Positions 16,691 through 30,681 of a stretch of 64,000 bases of DNA are shown piece by piece. Made by a program: the position numbers and the translations under genes. The stretch is from the NCBI GenBank assembly GCA_964016885.1, contig OZ024749.1, positions 31,992,001 to 32,056,000 of the forward strand. The letters run 5' to 3'. The DNA is from Eledone cirrhosa. Its lineage: Eukaryota. The notes beneath the pieces are model-generated. The model was not told the origin of the DNA. It saw only the letters and a program-made list of their open reading frames with translations, and searched no databases. How positions within the stretch are numbered: position 1 is the stretch's first letter; every line of letters begins with the position of its first letter.

Positions 16691-17254
16691 GAATAATCGA
16701 GTATCGAAAAATCGGCGCACGAGTTCACGATAAACAAAATTCGAGATGAGCGGCAGAGGGCTCTATAATTCAAATAAATTAGAGCTATAACTATCGTTAA
16801 ATACCGTCACACGTAGAATATGTCTACAATCAACCAAATAACCGATAAGTTCGATATGGAAGATTCGGGACACTCAGATAAATTATCAATAAATCAATAA
16901 ATGAAATGAATGTAAAATGCATACCCGGACCCACTAGAGAGATGGAATATCTAGCTTCTTGGGTTTCTGTAAATCCTTAAACCGTCATCTATCGGCTCAT
17001 ATAAAAATATAAGACTTACAGACAAGCGGGGGACTGGAGTATATACGATATTAACAAATGGAAACTATATTTATAAAACCATATTTATTTCATTATACAT
17101 ATTTCAAGGATACCAAGTTAAATTATGGTATGCCTTCATCAGACAAAATACAATATATACCAGTTTTATAAATAAACATTGACGTACCCTTTCAAAATGT
17201 GACCGTTACTTTTGGAAGACATCAGGATAGAAGACATCCGGATAGAACTTTTGC

Positions 17255-17255
<1 letters not shown>
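16688..17255 (-). mobile_element. PLE terminal-repeat-like insert in (TA)n with partial hammerhead core (about 17095-17147)
   Basis: Minus strand CTGATGA-AGGCATACCA..TGGTATCCTT-GAAA; stems I and III not resolved. Confidence 0.5.
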
Positions 17256-17282
<27 letters not shown>

Positions 17283-17285
<3 letters not shown>

Positions 17286-17490
17286 GGAACGAGTAGGACC
17301 CCGACGGCTGAACTCAAGCCCTTTCGACGGCTAATTCTGGACTAAAATATTTTAGTCCAGAATTAGCCGTCGAAACGGCTTGAGCTCAGCCGTCGGGGTC
17401 CTACTCGTTCCTATTACCCACTCTACTACCCTTAGTATTGAGTACTTTGGTGCGTTATGGTCCACCTGGTTCCTTACCACATTTCCTTCG

Positions 17491-17492
<2 letters not shown>
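17283..17492 (+). mobile_element. Fold-back element family B (spacerless palindrome plus tail) carrying hammerhead 3' half
   Basis: 66-bp arms centred at 17348/17349; GAAA-CGGCT..AGCCG-TC^GGGGT; tail 17415-17492; TA flanks. Confidence 0.85.
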
Positions 17493-17582
<90 letters not shown>

Positions 17583-17832
17583 GAAAGGTATAGAAGTTGT
17601 TTTAGCGAGAAGCTAATAGTATTCTATAACATATATGCGACTATGTCGTCAAGATGGGAAAAGTAGTTAACGTAAGATTTAGGAAAAATAATTCAAACTC
17701 ATCTCAAAAGAGAATCAGGATACAAATTCATCCACAGAATTTAGTGAAATCCAGGGAAAAATCAATAGACCTTTAACTCATGATAAAATAAAGTTTAAAA
17801 CACTTATCCTTCAATTTGGAATAACATCAAAT

Positions 17833-17913
17833 GCTCTGTATAGTCTTAAAAGACTATTTCATGAAAACTTTCAGTGGAGATGGTCACGGTTGGATTTCAA
17901 TCGTCAGCAGAGC
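17833..17913 (-). ncRNA. Type I hammerhead ribozyme within TA-flanked insert 17579-17983
   Basis: GCTCTG-CTGACGA-TTGAAA..TTTCAT-GAAA-TAGTCTT-TT-AAGACTA-TA^CAGAGC; perfect stems I and III. Confidence 0.85.
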
Positions 17914-18001
17914 TCAACAGATAACCAGGGCTACCACAGTATTATAAGCCGAAAAGGGAATTCTAAAACTGGCTAGTTCGCCATATATATATATATATAT
18001 A

Positions 18002-18088
18002 GTAATAATAATAAATTTGAAGACTAAAATCCAAAGAGGGCTCGATAAGGATAAATATATATCAAATATATAAGAACCGTAGAGCAAA

Positions 18089-18093
<5 letters not shown>
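18002..18093 (-). mobile_element. Tail-only copy of family D
   Basis: Near-identical to 47288-47380; TA tracts on both sides. Confidence 0.8.
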
Positions 18094-18172
<79 letters not shown>

Positions 18173-18659
18173 TATACACATATATACATATATAATCATA
18201 ACTACGTGCATATATACCAAGTATATATTTATATATATACGAATGTATGTACAAAGAGAAAGAGAGGGGGACAGGGTTTTTGTTTTCTGTAATATCTTCA
18301 AGATATTTACATCATAATTATATTTACATATAAATATACATCTAAATTTTTTCCACGAAAATATAAACTGAACAGAAAATCCACTGAACACCATTAAATG
18401 AAATACATATTTGTGTTTCTAAGACACGCACACACATACACACACGCGCACGCGCACACGCACACATATATATATGTATGTATAAATATAAGTATGTATG
18501 TATATATATATATATGTATATATATACACATATGTATATATACATTTATGTATGAATATCTATATATACATAAATTTCATAACACACACACACAGTTATA
18601 TATACATATATATGTTGCATATATATTCATATATATTGCATATATAAACATATATATAT

Positions 18660-18803
<144 letters not shown>

Positions 18804-19256
18804 ACGGATATGCATACATAAATGCAATACATGTTTCTGTGTTGCCTTCTGAAACACAAGTAAAATGTACTTCAAAACTCAACACATGAAACTATAAGAA
18901 AATAGATATATAAATACTTGAAAATCATGAATTAATGGCGAGAAGTAACGATTATAACAGAAATGATATTTTAAAATTTTAACTAGAAAAAGATATATCT
19001 TCAAAATTTATATTAATAATGGAATCTGCAATATTTATTCAAATATTAGTTGTTATTTTTTTTATATTTTCATCGCTCTGAAATTATATTTTTGGTCAGA
19101 AGTTTTCAATGTAAAAAGCAAACGCAACGTGTTTTAGTGAAGTTTGAAGATTAAAATTAAATGAATATACGTATGTATAGCTTCGTACTTACTTGCACAC
19201 ACATTCTTTTACTCACATATACACACACATATCTTCTTAGCTTCGTACGGACCTAT

Positions 19257-19299
<43 letters not shown>

Positions 19300-19551
19300 A
19301 ACAAACTCATGCTTACGCACATGCTCAAGTATATCGAAATCTTTTTACAAAACGGGTTTTTTTTTCCATTTCAAGTAGACGCGCGCCATCATCCACTTTT
19401 TTAAAAAACAAATCATACACAAAACGCCAGCACCAACAGTTTTGCAAGAGATGTCAGCATGAATGGACCTGTTATTTTTACCTAAAGACATATTTTCCAA
19501 TTACCCCCCCCCCCCCCTCCGTCCCCTTAATCTATTTTATTTCTCATTCTT

Positions 19552-19587
19552 TCTTCTGATGAAGGACTAGCGTCCGAAACGTTAAGA
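19552..19587 (+). ncRNA. Minimal hammerhead ribozyme
   Basis: TCTT-CTGATGA-AGGAC-TAGC-GTCC-GAAA-CG-TT^AAGA; decayed sister copy on minus strand at about 40049-40084. Confidence 0.8.
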
Positions 19588-19671
19588 CCCTCTTCCTGCT
19601 ATATCAAGCGTTAACCTAATATATACTTTCCATATACTGTACCGATTGTGTTGTTATTTCCGTTTACCTTT

Positions 19672-19704
<33 letters not shown>

Positions 19705-20090
19705 GACTTTTTATGCTCTACATTATACACGTTTTTTTTCCTTTTTCTTTTTTCTTTTCACTTCATAAACCTTGTTTGTAAATAACATTATTTCTGCACC
19801 TTATGTTTAACATGTGCGACACCACACTATACATTTTAATATCATTTGATAATGCATAAAAATGCTGAAACCGGTAATAGACAATTATTAAATATATAAA
19901 TAGATAAATAAATGCCATTGTTAAATAATAAATAAATCAACTAATACCTTAACACTTCACACAAAGTAAAACATTTCGTTTTAATCATTTTCTAACCCAG
20001 AAAAAAGAGAGAGAGAAACAAAAAAGGAAAAAAAAATATTTTTCTTCCTAATAATCGTCTCTTTCTCCCTGTTTTCATATATATATATAT

Positions 20091-20462
<372 letters not shown>

Positions 20463-20488
20463 TGTGTGTGTGTGTGAGTATATATATA

Positions 20489-20665
20489 TGTAGGAGGTGA
20501 GTTTTATATGTTGATTTAACACTGCACTATTCACAAGTGTATTTTAACCTTCATATCATGTCTCCCTATTTTATCTGACGAAAACGCAAATGTTATTGCA
20601 TGATGATATTTGTTTTTGAAATGCGCATAATAAAATACATGGAACTCTTTTAACCATCTTTTGAT

Positions 20666-20670
<5 letters not shown>
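20489..20670 (+). mobile_element. Short hammerhead element family E, copy 1
   Basis: Ends atgtaggaggtgagttttat and ccatcttttgatcttat shared with 24810-25009 and 36583-36940. Confidence 0.85.
20567..20637 (+). ncRNA. Type I hammerhead ribozyme (family E)
   Basis: TATTTTAT-CTGACGA-stem II-GAAA-TGCGCA-TA^ATAAAATA; perfect 8-bp stem I, palindromic stem III. Confidence 0.88.
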
Positions 20671-20752
<82 letters not shown>

Positions 20753-20757
<5 letters not shown>

Positions 20758-20956
20758 AACCAGTAAGACCCCGACAGCTGAGCTCAAGCCGTTTCGACGG
20801 CTAATTCTGGACTAAAGCTAGTCCAGAATTAGCCGTCGAAACGGCTTGAGCTCAGCTGTCGGGGTCTTACTGGTTCCTATTACCCACTGTACTACCCCAA
20901 GTATTGAGTACTTTGGTGCGTTATGGTCCACCTTGTTCCTTACCACATTTCCTTCG

Positions 20957-20958
<2 letters not shown>
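20753..20958 (+). mobile_element. Fold-back element family B
   Basis: Perfect 62-bp arms 20753-20814 / 20819-20880, 4-nt loop, 78-bp tail, TA flanks. Confidence 0.88.
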
Positions 20959-21004
<46 letters not shown>

Positions 21005-21008
21005 GTTG

Positions 21009-21076
<68 letters not shown>

Positions 21077-21172
21077 CGAAGAGAGAGTGAGAGAGAGAGA
21101 ACATCTTATACAAAATCATAGAGGCGTAGATAACTGTAGACCCATCTCACGCTAAGGATAAAGATTAATCCT

Positions 21173-21264
21173 TACTACAGTTTTCAAAGTCCAAAAGAAT
21201 AAGCGATACACCTTCAATCTATTTATAAGGCCATCGTTAACAGAAAGGACTTATCTTCAGGTGA
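21173..21264 (-). ncRNA. Degenerate hammerhead with long stem II
   Basis: CTGAAGA-TAAGTCC...GGACTTT-GAAA-ACTGTA-GT; weak stems I and III. Confidence 0.45.
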
Positions 21265-21402
21265 TTTACTTCTATAGGGTATGAGAAAATATAACATTTG
21301 AACCTGCGTAGTGTACGAAATCCATCTTGCATGAAAGCGCAAATCTATCAACAAGGTAACTATTCGTTTGAAAATTCACACACGCACACACACACGCACA
21401 CA

Positions 21403-21471
<69 letters not shown>

Positions 21472-21527
21472 ACACACATACACACACCCACACACACACA
21501 AACACAGACACACCCACACACACACAA

Positions 21528-21560
<33 letters not shown>

Positions 21561-21744
21561 AACACACGTACGCACAAACACAGACACACACACACACACA
21601 CAAATACATACACACACCCACACACCCCCACACACACACACATACACACACACACACATGTATATAGATAGATATATATATTAACAAAATGAACTCCAAC
21701 TTTGTCTGATTTACTCGTTTTATTTACAATCGTTTAAAATTATA

Positions 21745-21888
21745 ATTGTTTCTACTTTTGATACAAGGCCAACAACTATTCAATTATTCCAGTGTATTAC
21801 TGGTACTTTATTTTATCGACCCCGTAAGGATGAAAAGCAAAGTTAACCTCGGTGGGATTTGAACTCAGACCATAAAGGGCCGTAACTT
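21745..21888 (-). mobile_element. SINE family 1 (5'-truncated)
   Basis: ctggtactttattttatcgaccccgtaaggatgaaa core. Confidence 0.85.
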
Positions 21889-22016
21889 TAAAATTATAAT
21901 GGTATTAGAATGAAATAGTATGGTAGAATATTAAATGTTAAGTGTTAATTGAACAAGTAGTTTCATGATATTCAGGTTCATATCCTGTGGTGAGAGTCAA
22001 GTTTGCAATTTTCAAC

Positions 22017-22050
<34 letters not shown>

Positions 22051-22059
22051 GTTATATAT

Positions 22060-22170
22060 ATTTATTAAAATAACAGATTAAAGTTTAAGCAAAGAATCGC
22101 TGCTTTCACCCTTAACGGGATCTTCTAAAACTAACAAAGTCAATCTGTAAACGCAGAACTGGATATTTAA
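22060..22170 (-). mobile_element. Family D arm fragment
   Basis: Matches 47377-47477. Confidence 0.8.
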
Positions 22171-22219
22171 AAAAACGGTGCATGTGTTTCTTATTGGCAA
22201 CATGACCCTCCCAAAGTAT

Positions 22220-22251
<32 letters not shown>

Positions 22252-22257
<6 letters not shown>

Positions 22258-22622
22258 ATACTTTGGGAGGGTCATGTTGCCAATAAGAAACACATGCACC
22301 AGTTGCTTTCACTCCAATTTATTATAAATTAAATTTATAAATTTCCGGTTGGTTGGTTGGTTGCTTGGTTCCACAACCGGACGGTTGTTCATATATTGTC
22401 AAAGTTCTTTCGTCACACATTATGTGACCTCTTCAGTGACTGGGGATTCTTTTCTTTGTTTTGTGCCTCTCCTTTTGTTCTGTCCTACGCCATCTTGTTT
22501 TTGTGTGAAAGCAACTGGTCCGTGTGTTTCTTATTGGCAACATGACCCTCCCAAAGTATAACAATATCGGTTTCAACACACGCTTTCAGATAAAGAATCT
22601 TACTAAACAAATTCAGAAACAA
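22252..22622 (+). mobile_element. Fold-back element (family C relative): long inverted arm with hammerhead, short forward arm plus tail
   Basis: 22252-22312 is the inverse of about 22505-22567; tail cggtttcaacacacgctttc resembles family C tail. Confidence 0.8.
22398..22440 (-). ncRNA. Minimal hammerhead ribozyme
   Basis: GTCA-CTGAAGA-GGTCACATAATGTGTGAC-GAAA-GAAC-TT^TGAC. Confidence 0.8.
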
Positions 22623-22635
22623 TATATATATATAT

Positions 22636-22820
22636 ATAGGAGAAGAGTCAGGACCCCGACGGCTGAGCTCCGGCCGTGTCGACAGCTTGCTTTCGGATCT
22701 AGCTGTCGAAACGGGGTCCTGGCTCTTTTCCTATTACCCACTCTACTACCCTAAGTATTGAGTACTCTGGTACGTTATGGTCCACCTGGGATCTTACCAC
22801 ACCCTCTTTGTTCTTTGTTA
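22636..22820 (+). mobile_element. Fold-back element, family B subfamily 2 (internal deletion in forward arm)
   Basis: ataggagaagagtcaggaccccg inverse of cggggtcctggctcttttcctat; family B tail. Confidence 0.8.
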
Positions 22821-23077
22821 TATATATGTGTGTGTGGGGGGGGGTGCTCTCGACGTAGTATATGACACGAATTTATCGGGTATCGGGTAGTATTTGACAC
22901 GAATTTATCGGGTATCGTGGTGAGAATAATTGAATTGGGACCTGGTGACGTTCGTTCTGTTAGTAATTGTCTCGTGTATACGTATAATATAATGGTATAA
23001 TATATGAATATTACGCAACCCAAATCGTATCACACACACAAACATATATATATCTATATATATATGTATATATATAT

Positions 23078-23110
<33 letters not shown>

Positions 23111-23169
23111 AAATATTAAACAAATAATGAATAAACAATGAGACAGTTCCTTATATTAAACAAAAAAAG

Positions 23170-23323
23170 TTCATTATTTAACGATCGTTTCTAGGATATA
23201 TATGTGTTAGAATTGGCATGCATATTCAACAGATCTATGTACAAAATTATACAAAATTATACAAACTATCAAGATTAAATATACATACCAACACATATAT
23301 ACGCCGTCTTCAGAAATAATGAA
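23170..23323 (-). ncRNA. Hammerhead ribozyme with very long stem II (inverted-arm copy)
   Basis: Mirror of 23631-23784. Confidence 0.8.
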
Positions 23324-23630
23324 GTATATTTATTGATAATAACAACAATTCAAAATTTCAGGTCCGTTTGGGAACAAAATTGACCAATGAAAACACAAAA
23401 GGTTAAATGCAGTTCGGTGTGTGTATATACATGTAAAACCCTTACACATATTTTACAAAAAAATTAGTATGCGTATACAAATTATGCATACATTTTTGTA
23501 AAATATGTGTAAGGGTTTTACATGTATATACACACACCGAACTGCATTTAACCTTTTGTGTTTTCATTGGTCAATTTTGTTCCCAAACGGACCTGAAATT
23601 TTGAATTGTTGTTATTATCAATAAATATAC

Positions 23631-23784
23631 TTCATTATTTCTGAAGACGGCGTATATATGTGTTGGTATGTATATTTAATCTTGATAGTTTGTATAATTT
23701 TGTATAATTTTGTACATAGATCTGTTGAATATGCATGCCAATTCTAACACATATATATCCTAGAAACGATCGTTAAATAATGAA
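23631..23784 (+). ncRNA. Hammerhead ribozyme with very long stem II
   Basis: TTCATTATTT-CTGAAGA-about 115 nt hairpin-GAAA-CGATCG-TT^AAATAATGAA; perfect 10-bp stem I. Confidence 0.8.
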
Positions 23785-23977
23785 CTTTTTTTGTTTAATA
23801 TAAGGAACTGTCTCATTGTTTATTCATTATTTGTTTAATATTTTATCTTGACTCTGTATACCGTTTATCTTTCACCGAAAGTGATTTTTCATTACATCTC
23901 TTCTTTCCATGATATCCGGAATACATTGAGTTCTTCATACGGATTGGACACTACCGTAAACTCTTGGTAGATTTATC

Positions 23978-24083
<106 letters not shown>

Positions 24084-24197
24084 CGTGTGTGTGTGTGTGT
24101 ATATATATATAAATGTGTGTATTTGTGTGTGCCTGTGTATGGATGTATATGGATGTATGTATATATAGAGAAAAACAGGCGGAAAAACTGATAGATG

Positions 24198-24240
<43 letters not shown>

Positions 24241-24714
24241 GTGTGTGCTTTAAACCAAACTTAATGAGTCCAAGAGAGGATAATTATTTTAGTCAATTGA
24301 AATTGTATTAAGAGTAAAAATCGTTATCATTAACAACAATTATTCTGCAATGGGTCAAGGGAGTTAACACGCAATATTACACTTTATCAATTTAACTATA
24401 TCTTAACATGTATATACTGAGTTCTGCAGTGAAAAATAATATTTGGAAATGTCCCAGGGGTTCTCTCTGCGTGATATAGAGTGTTAAATGCAAGAAACCA
24501 TAATTAAAGTGGAGAATTCAAACTAACTTTTCATTAATTTTAATTATATCGATAATGAAAATAAAATTCATTAGTCTTAACTTAATTTGTTCTCAAAAGA
24601 ACCAGGGAAACGAATTTCCGAAATTCCAATTTACGAAACGTTATACCCAAGTATGGTGCCCTATACTTAACTGTATGTTTGCACATAGTTGGGAGCCTGG
24701 GAATATTATATATA

Positions 24715-25062
<348 letters not shown>

Positions 25063-25065
<3 letters not shown>

Positions 25066-25440
25066 TAGCGAGGTTTTTTATATGAAATCGTGTGTCGAAA
25101 CAAATATTGTTATACTTGGGGAGGGTCATATTTGTGTAATATTGCCAGAATTAATAACAGAACACACTCAGTGTTTGGTTGGTTTTCGCTTCTCGCTGTC
25201 TTTTATATCTGCGATCTAACTTAATCGGTCCTCAATGTTGCCATTGACTGACCGACGGTCAAAAATAACTATTTAATTATTTTTGACCGTCGGTCAGTCA
25301 ATGGCAACATTGAGGACCGATTAAGTTAGATCGCAGATATAAAAGACAGCGAGAAGCGAAAACCAACCAAACAGTGAGTGTGTTCTGTTATTAATTCTGG
25401 CAATATTACACAAATATGACCCTCTCCAAGTATAACAATA
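25063..25440 (-). mobile_element. Fold-back element family C (arms about 165 bp; tail at 25063-25103)
   Basis: 25104-25267 inverse of about 25276-25440; homologous to 41863-42187 and 60485-60705. Confidence 0.88.
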
Positions 25441-25554
25441 TATATATATATATATATTAAATTACAAATATTAATAAAATAGATGTTCTTTTGCTTCCAA
25501 TCTACTGTAAAACTCATTCTTTGATATACTCATTGAATCTTGTTTAACTCTTTA

Positions 25555-25587
<33 letters not shown>

Positions 25588-25728
25588 AATATATATGTAT
25601 ATACATATATATATAAATATATGTATATATATATATATATATATGTAGGCATATATATACGTTTCATTTGTGTGTGTATACATATATATATATAATAATA
25701 ATAATAATATTTATATTTATATATGAGT

Positions 25729-25775
<47 letters not shown>

Positions 25776-26123
25776 GTATATATATACAGTATATAAACGG
25801 AAAAAATGAAACGAAATTTCATTTCCCACTCTTAGTACGGCTGTTACTTTATACATATATATATATATATATACATACATATATATTATATATATATATA
25901 TATATATAACTCATATATAAGTATAAATATTATTATTATATGTATGTATACACACACAAATGAAACCTATATAAATGCCTACACACATATATATATATAT
26001 ATATACATATATGTATATATAGGCTGATTAACTCACTCGATATGCAAATTAGGCTGCTCAGCCGTTAATATGCATAAGGAAATTATATATTTTCAGATGT
26101 TCAATCATCTGGCAGGAAGGTAT

Positions 26124-26166
26124 ACGTTGCTGACGATAGCTAATAAGCTTGAAACTAGTACAGCGT
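26124..26166 (+). ncRNA. Minimal hammerhead ribozyme in TA-flanked insert about 26021-26280
   Basis: ACGTTG-CTGACGA-TAGCT-AATA-AGCTT-GAAA-CTAG-TA^CAGCGT. Confidence 0.85.
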
Positions 26167-26430
26167 TCCTTTGTCAGTGTTGAACAAACGAGCAACGATG
26201 GTTGCTAGACACTACGGCTTAATACGGAATGTTTGTTTACAAACACACCGAGCATTATAATAAATGTTCGGTGAATCCATATGTACATATATATATATGT
26301 GTGCATGTATATATATATATATATACATACTACTGTACGTCTGTATACATATATGTATGTACGTATACATACTTATACATATATATATATATATATATAC
26401 ATAATGTGTGTGTGTATATATATATGTGTA

Positions 26431-26461
<31 letters not shown>

Positions 26462-26840
26462 ATATAAAAAAAAACACACAGCACAACATCAACTGCCACT
26501 ACCACCACCACCACCACCATCACCGACGCCATCGCTATCACCATCACCATCACCAGCGATCGGGCCTTAAGAAAACAACAACTATAATAATAATAATTTT
26601 CTGCTTCTGACACGGAGCCAGCGATTGTACCAGCGCATTACTGGTGCTCTCTTTTGTCGTCTCCGTGGGGATGAAAGGTAAGGTTGACCTCGGCGGGATT
26701 TGAGCTCGGAGCGTGGAGGGTCATAGCTCTATGCTGTAAAGCAATTATAATAATACTGAACAGTAACACGAACGGCTTCAATTATACGAACTCTTTCAAA
26801 AGTCAACAGTTGACATAATCTTGTATCAGCAATGACGGTA

Positions 26841-26872
<32 letters not shown>

Positions 26873-27036
26873 AAGTGAGTAACATGTGTGTGCTTGTTTG
26901 TATGCATGAGTGTTGCTGTGTGCGCGCGTGTGTATGTGTGTGTCTGTGCGTGTGTGTATCTCGTACGTATGAGTGTCAATAAGTGAGTTTTTTTTTTATT
27001 TTATATGCGCGGGGACATAGAAATAATCGGGTTGCC

Positions 27037-28126
27037 CTAGGTTTAACTGTCAGTCTCAAGAAAACGGTCGTCATGTACCAACCTGCCCCTGGTAGGCAGT
27101 ACAGTGAGCCAAATATCTATGTGTATGGTAAACGACTTGGAGTGGTTGATCAGTTTGTCTACCTGGGAAGCACTGTCAATCGATACAGCAACCTTGATAA
27201 TGAAATCACACTCAGGATTAGGAAAGCAAGTGATGCCTTAGGAAAGCTAGAAAGGCGACTCTGGGGTCGGCGAGATATATGCTAGAAGACAAAGGTCTAC
27301 AAGGCATGTATGCTCTCTTCTCTTCTTTATGCCTGCGACCCCTGAGTCACATATCGACACCACCTTAAACAATTGGAGCGTTTCCATCAGATTTGTCTCA
27401 GACGGATCCATGGCGTTCACTGGAGGGACCACATCAGTGATGTCGAAATTTTGGAAAGCTCGCTGTGAGACAGTATAGAAACTCTTGTGCTAAAGCAAAG
27501 ACTCCGTTGGAGTGGTCACCTTGCCAGGATGAAGGATTCTAGAATACCAAAACAACTCTTTTATGGAGAGTTAGTTAAAGGAAAACGACCTCCACATAAA
27601 CCAAGAAAGAGATATAAGGATTCCTTGAAAGCCTTTTTGAAATACGGTAACATTTCTGCTGATACATGGGAAAATGTTGCTGCTGATCGTAATAAATGGA
27701 GAAAGACTGTATATGAGGGGAAAGTTGCTTTTGAGGCATCTCGAATCGCATACGAGAAAATAAAGAGGGATGTGAGGAAGGGCATTGCTGTTGCATTTCC
27801 AGACGGGGAATGTCCTCCTATGACGCTGACATGCAGCGTCTGTGCGAGACTCTGCTGCCTAAGCTGGACTCGAAAGTCATCTTCACAATCATAAAGTAAG
27901 ACCCGTGGTTGACTACCAGGCTGCTGTTGGAGATGCTACTCATCATGCTTGCCAAGCATGTGGTAGAGTATGTAAATCAGCAGGAGGGCTCAAACGACAT
28001 GCAAAAGTACATGAACTCCAACCACAGCCGGCTATTCCCAGTGAATGTTTTGGTTGCCAACTCTGTGCAAGACATTTTAGATCATTGGCTGGGCTAAAAA
28101 GCCACATTCGATCGCAGCGCTGTTAA
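27037..28126 (+). pseudogene. 5'-truncated RTE-clade (BovB-like) LINE: RT C-terminus plus C2H2 fingers, with stops and a frameshift
   Basis: GLTVSLKKT..FVYLGS..RIRKAS..RLRWSGHLARMKDSRIPKQLFYGEL..DRNKWR; CQACGRVCKSAGGLKRHAKVH; probable 3' end at 28575-28608. Confidence 0.92.
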
Positions 28127-28134
28127 TTGCTATC

Positions 28135-28288
<154 letters not shown>

Positions 28289-28348
28289 GTATATATGTAT
28301 ATTGTTATTGTTGCTGTTGTTGTCGTTATTATTATTGTTGTTATTATT

Positions 28349-28533
28349 GTGGATTGGCAGTATCGGCAGAGGTTCGGACGCCATGCTTTGCAGCACAGTT
28401 ACGTCCCTTTACGGACTGAGTTCAAATTCCGCCGAGGTTAACTTTGCCTTTCGTTCTTACGGGGTCGATAAAATAAGGTACCAGTAATGTACTAGGATAG
28501 TTGCTGGCCTTGTGCCAAAAGTAGAAACAATTA
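28349..28533 (+). mobile_element. SINE family 1
   Basis: Head gtggattggcagtatcgg through agtagaaacaatta. Confidence 0.9.
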
Positions 28534-28969
28534 TTATTATTATTGTTATTATGTTTTTTTTCTCTCGTACAATGGCCATACTCGATAACGAGGGGGCAGC
28601 CATCATGTATATATGTATGTATATATATACACACACACATTCATATAGACTAATGATGATGAAGAGCACGAGCCCACCCATGAAGGAGGGGAGGAGTTAG
28701 AGGAGGTTGTGAAGAATGGAGGAGGAGAAGGAGGAGGAAATGAAGAAGAAGATGAAGAAGATGATGGTGAGGACAATGTTTATGGCGACACATAGCTTGA
28801 CAATTCCATTATTATATCATTGGCTATCGTAAAATATCCGCCATATTTAGATGTAGGTGTTTCACTCAGTCACGTGTTTAACAGCATTATCTGCTTATGG
28901 TGACAAACTATTACATAATAACACTCTTAATAACGTTAATAATAGTACTAATATTAATGCGAACACAGC

Positions 28970-29970
28970 TATCACCAACACCAGCATAACACAATCATAC
29001 CAACACCAATACCAGCAACACCAACACAACTACCAACAACACCCACACCACCAGAGCACAATCATACCAACACCAATACCAGCAACACCAACACAACTAC
29101 CAACAACACCCACACCACCAGAGCACAATCATACCAACGCCAACTCACCCACAAACACAACCACTAACAACAACACAGTTACTAACACTACCACCAACAA
29201 ACCCAACACAACCACACCAGCAACACCAATGCAACCACCAACAAAAACAACACCAGCATAACAGAATCACCTCCAACACCAACTCCCTCACCAACACCAA
29301 CACAGCCACTAACACCACCACCAACAACACCAAGACAACCTTCAACAACACAACCAACACAACCATCAACATCACCACCAGAAACACCAACAAACCACTA
29401 ACACCACCACCAGCAACACCAAGACAACGACCAACACCACTCAACCACCAACACCAACACAATCAACAACAACATCACTACCAGCAACACCAACTCAACC
29501 ACTAACACCAAAACAACCATCACCACCACCACCAGCAACACCAACACAGCCAACAACAACAACAACACCATCAACAACAACACTACCACCAACACCAACA
29601 CAACCACCATCACCAACACAACCATTAACATCAGCACAACCACCAACACCAACACAATCACCAACACCACCACCAGCAACACCAACACAACCACTAACAC
29701 CACCACGACGAATACCAACTCAATCACCAACACCAACAAGAACCCTCATCACTATCATCAGCAACACCAACACAACCATCATCACCACCATCAGCAACAC
29801 TAACACAGCCAACAACACCAACACCAACACAGTCAACAGTATCACCAACACCACCAACACCGCCCCTTAGCACCACCAACATCACCACAACTAACGCTAC
29901 CAATAGCAACAGCACCACTTAACACCAACGCCAATACTTAGCACCACAAACACCGACAACACCACCAATT
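28970..29970. repeat. Degenerate (ACC/AAC) low-complexity tract
   Basis: Direct reading. Confidence 0.85.
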
Positions 29971-30681
29971 GGAACTCTCTTCTCGTTACAGTGATACATC
30001 AGAAATTCAACCATCATCAGTAGGACTGAAATTCTGTTGTCATTGCTCCACTGAGTTTCTAGGTGTGTCGCTTATAAAAGCTTCCTTAAAAGCCACACAT
30101 CTTAAGACTTGTGGTTGAGGGCTTTAGATATTTGCTTTACGGTCGCCTCACGATCACCTCACATTCGCCTCACGCTAGCCTCACAATCGCCTCACGGCCA
30201 CAACACGGGCGCCGAACGGTCGCCGCACGGTCACTTCACGGTCACCTCACCGGCGCCTCATGGTCACATGATCATGGGCTCAATTCTTGGCAAGTCCTTT
30301 CATTTTACTTTACTCCCGTCCACTCAACTGACACAAAATGAGATGTACCTTTTCCCACATTCTGTCACGTTGAATCTACCACCGGACTATTGTTAAGGGA
30401 ACATGTGTCTGTGGAAAGTTCAGCTATTTTCCCGTTAATGCCAACACGAGAGCGCTGTTCTGTTGATAAAAAAAAAATAAAACAAGAACACTCTTCGTCG
30501 AAACTGGTGGAGGTCCATCATTAACTACATACTATGTTTGGTGATATCTGAATGCTGTGATTCAACTATCTAATTTAAGACAGTAAAGAATTGTCACGGT
30601 CCTTTGGCTTAATGGTCTAAAGCTCCTAGTCGGTATCTAGGGAAATACGGGGTTCGTATTCCTCGTAGCATAGTAAAGACA

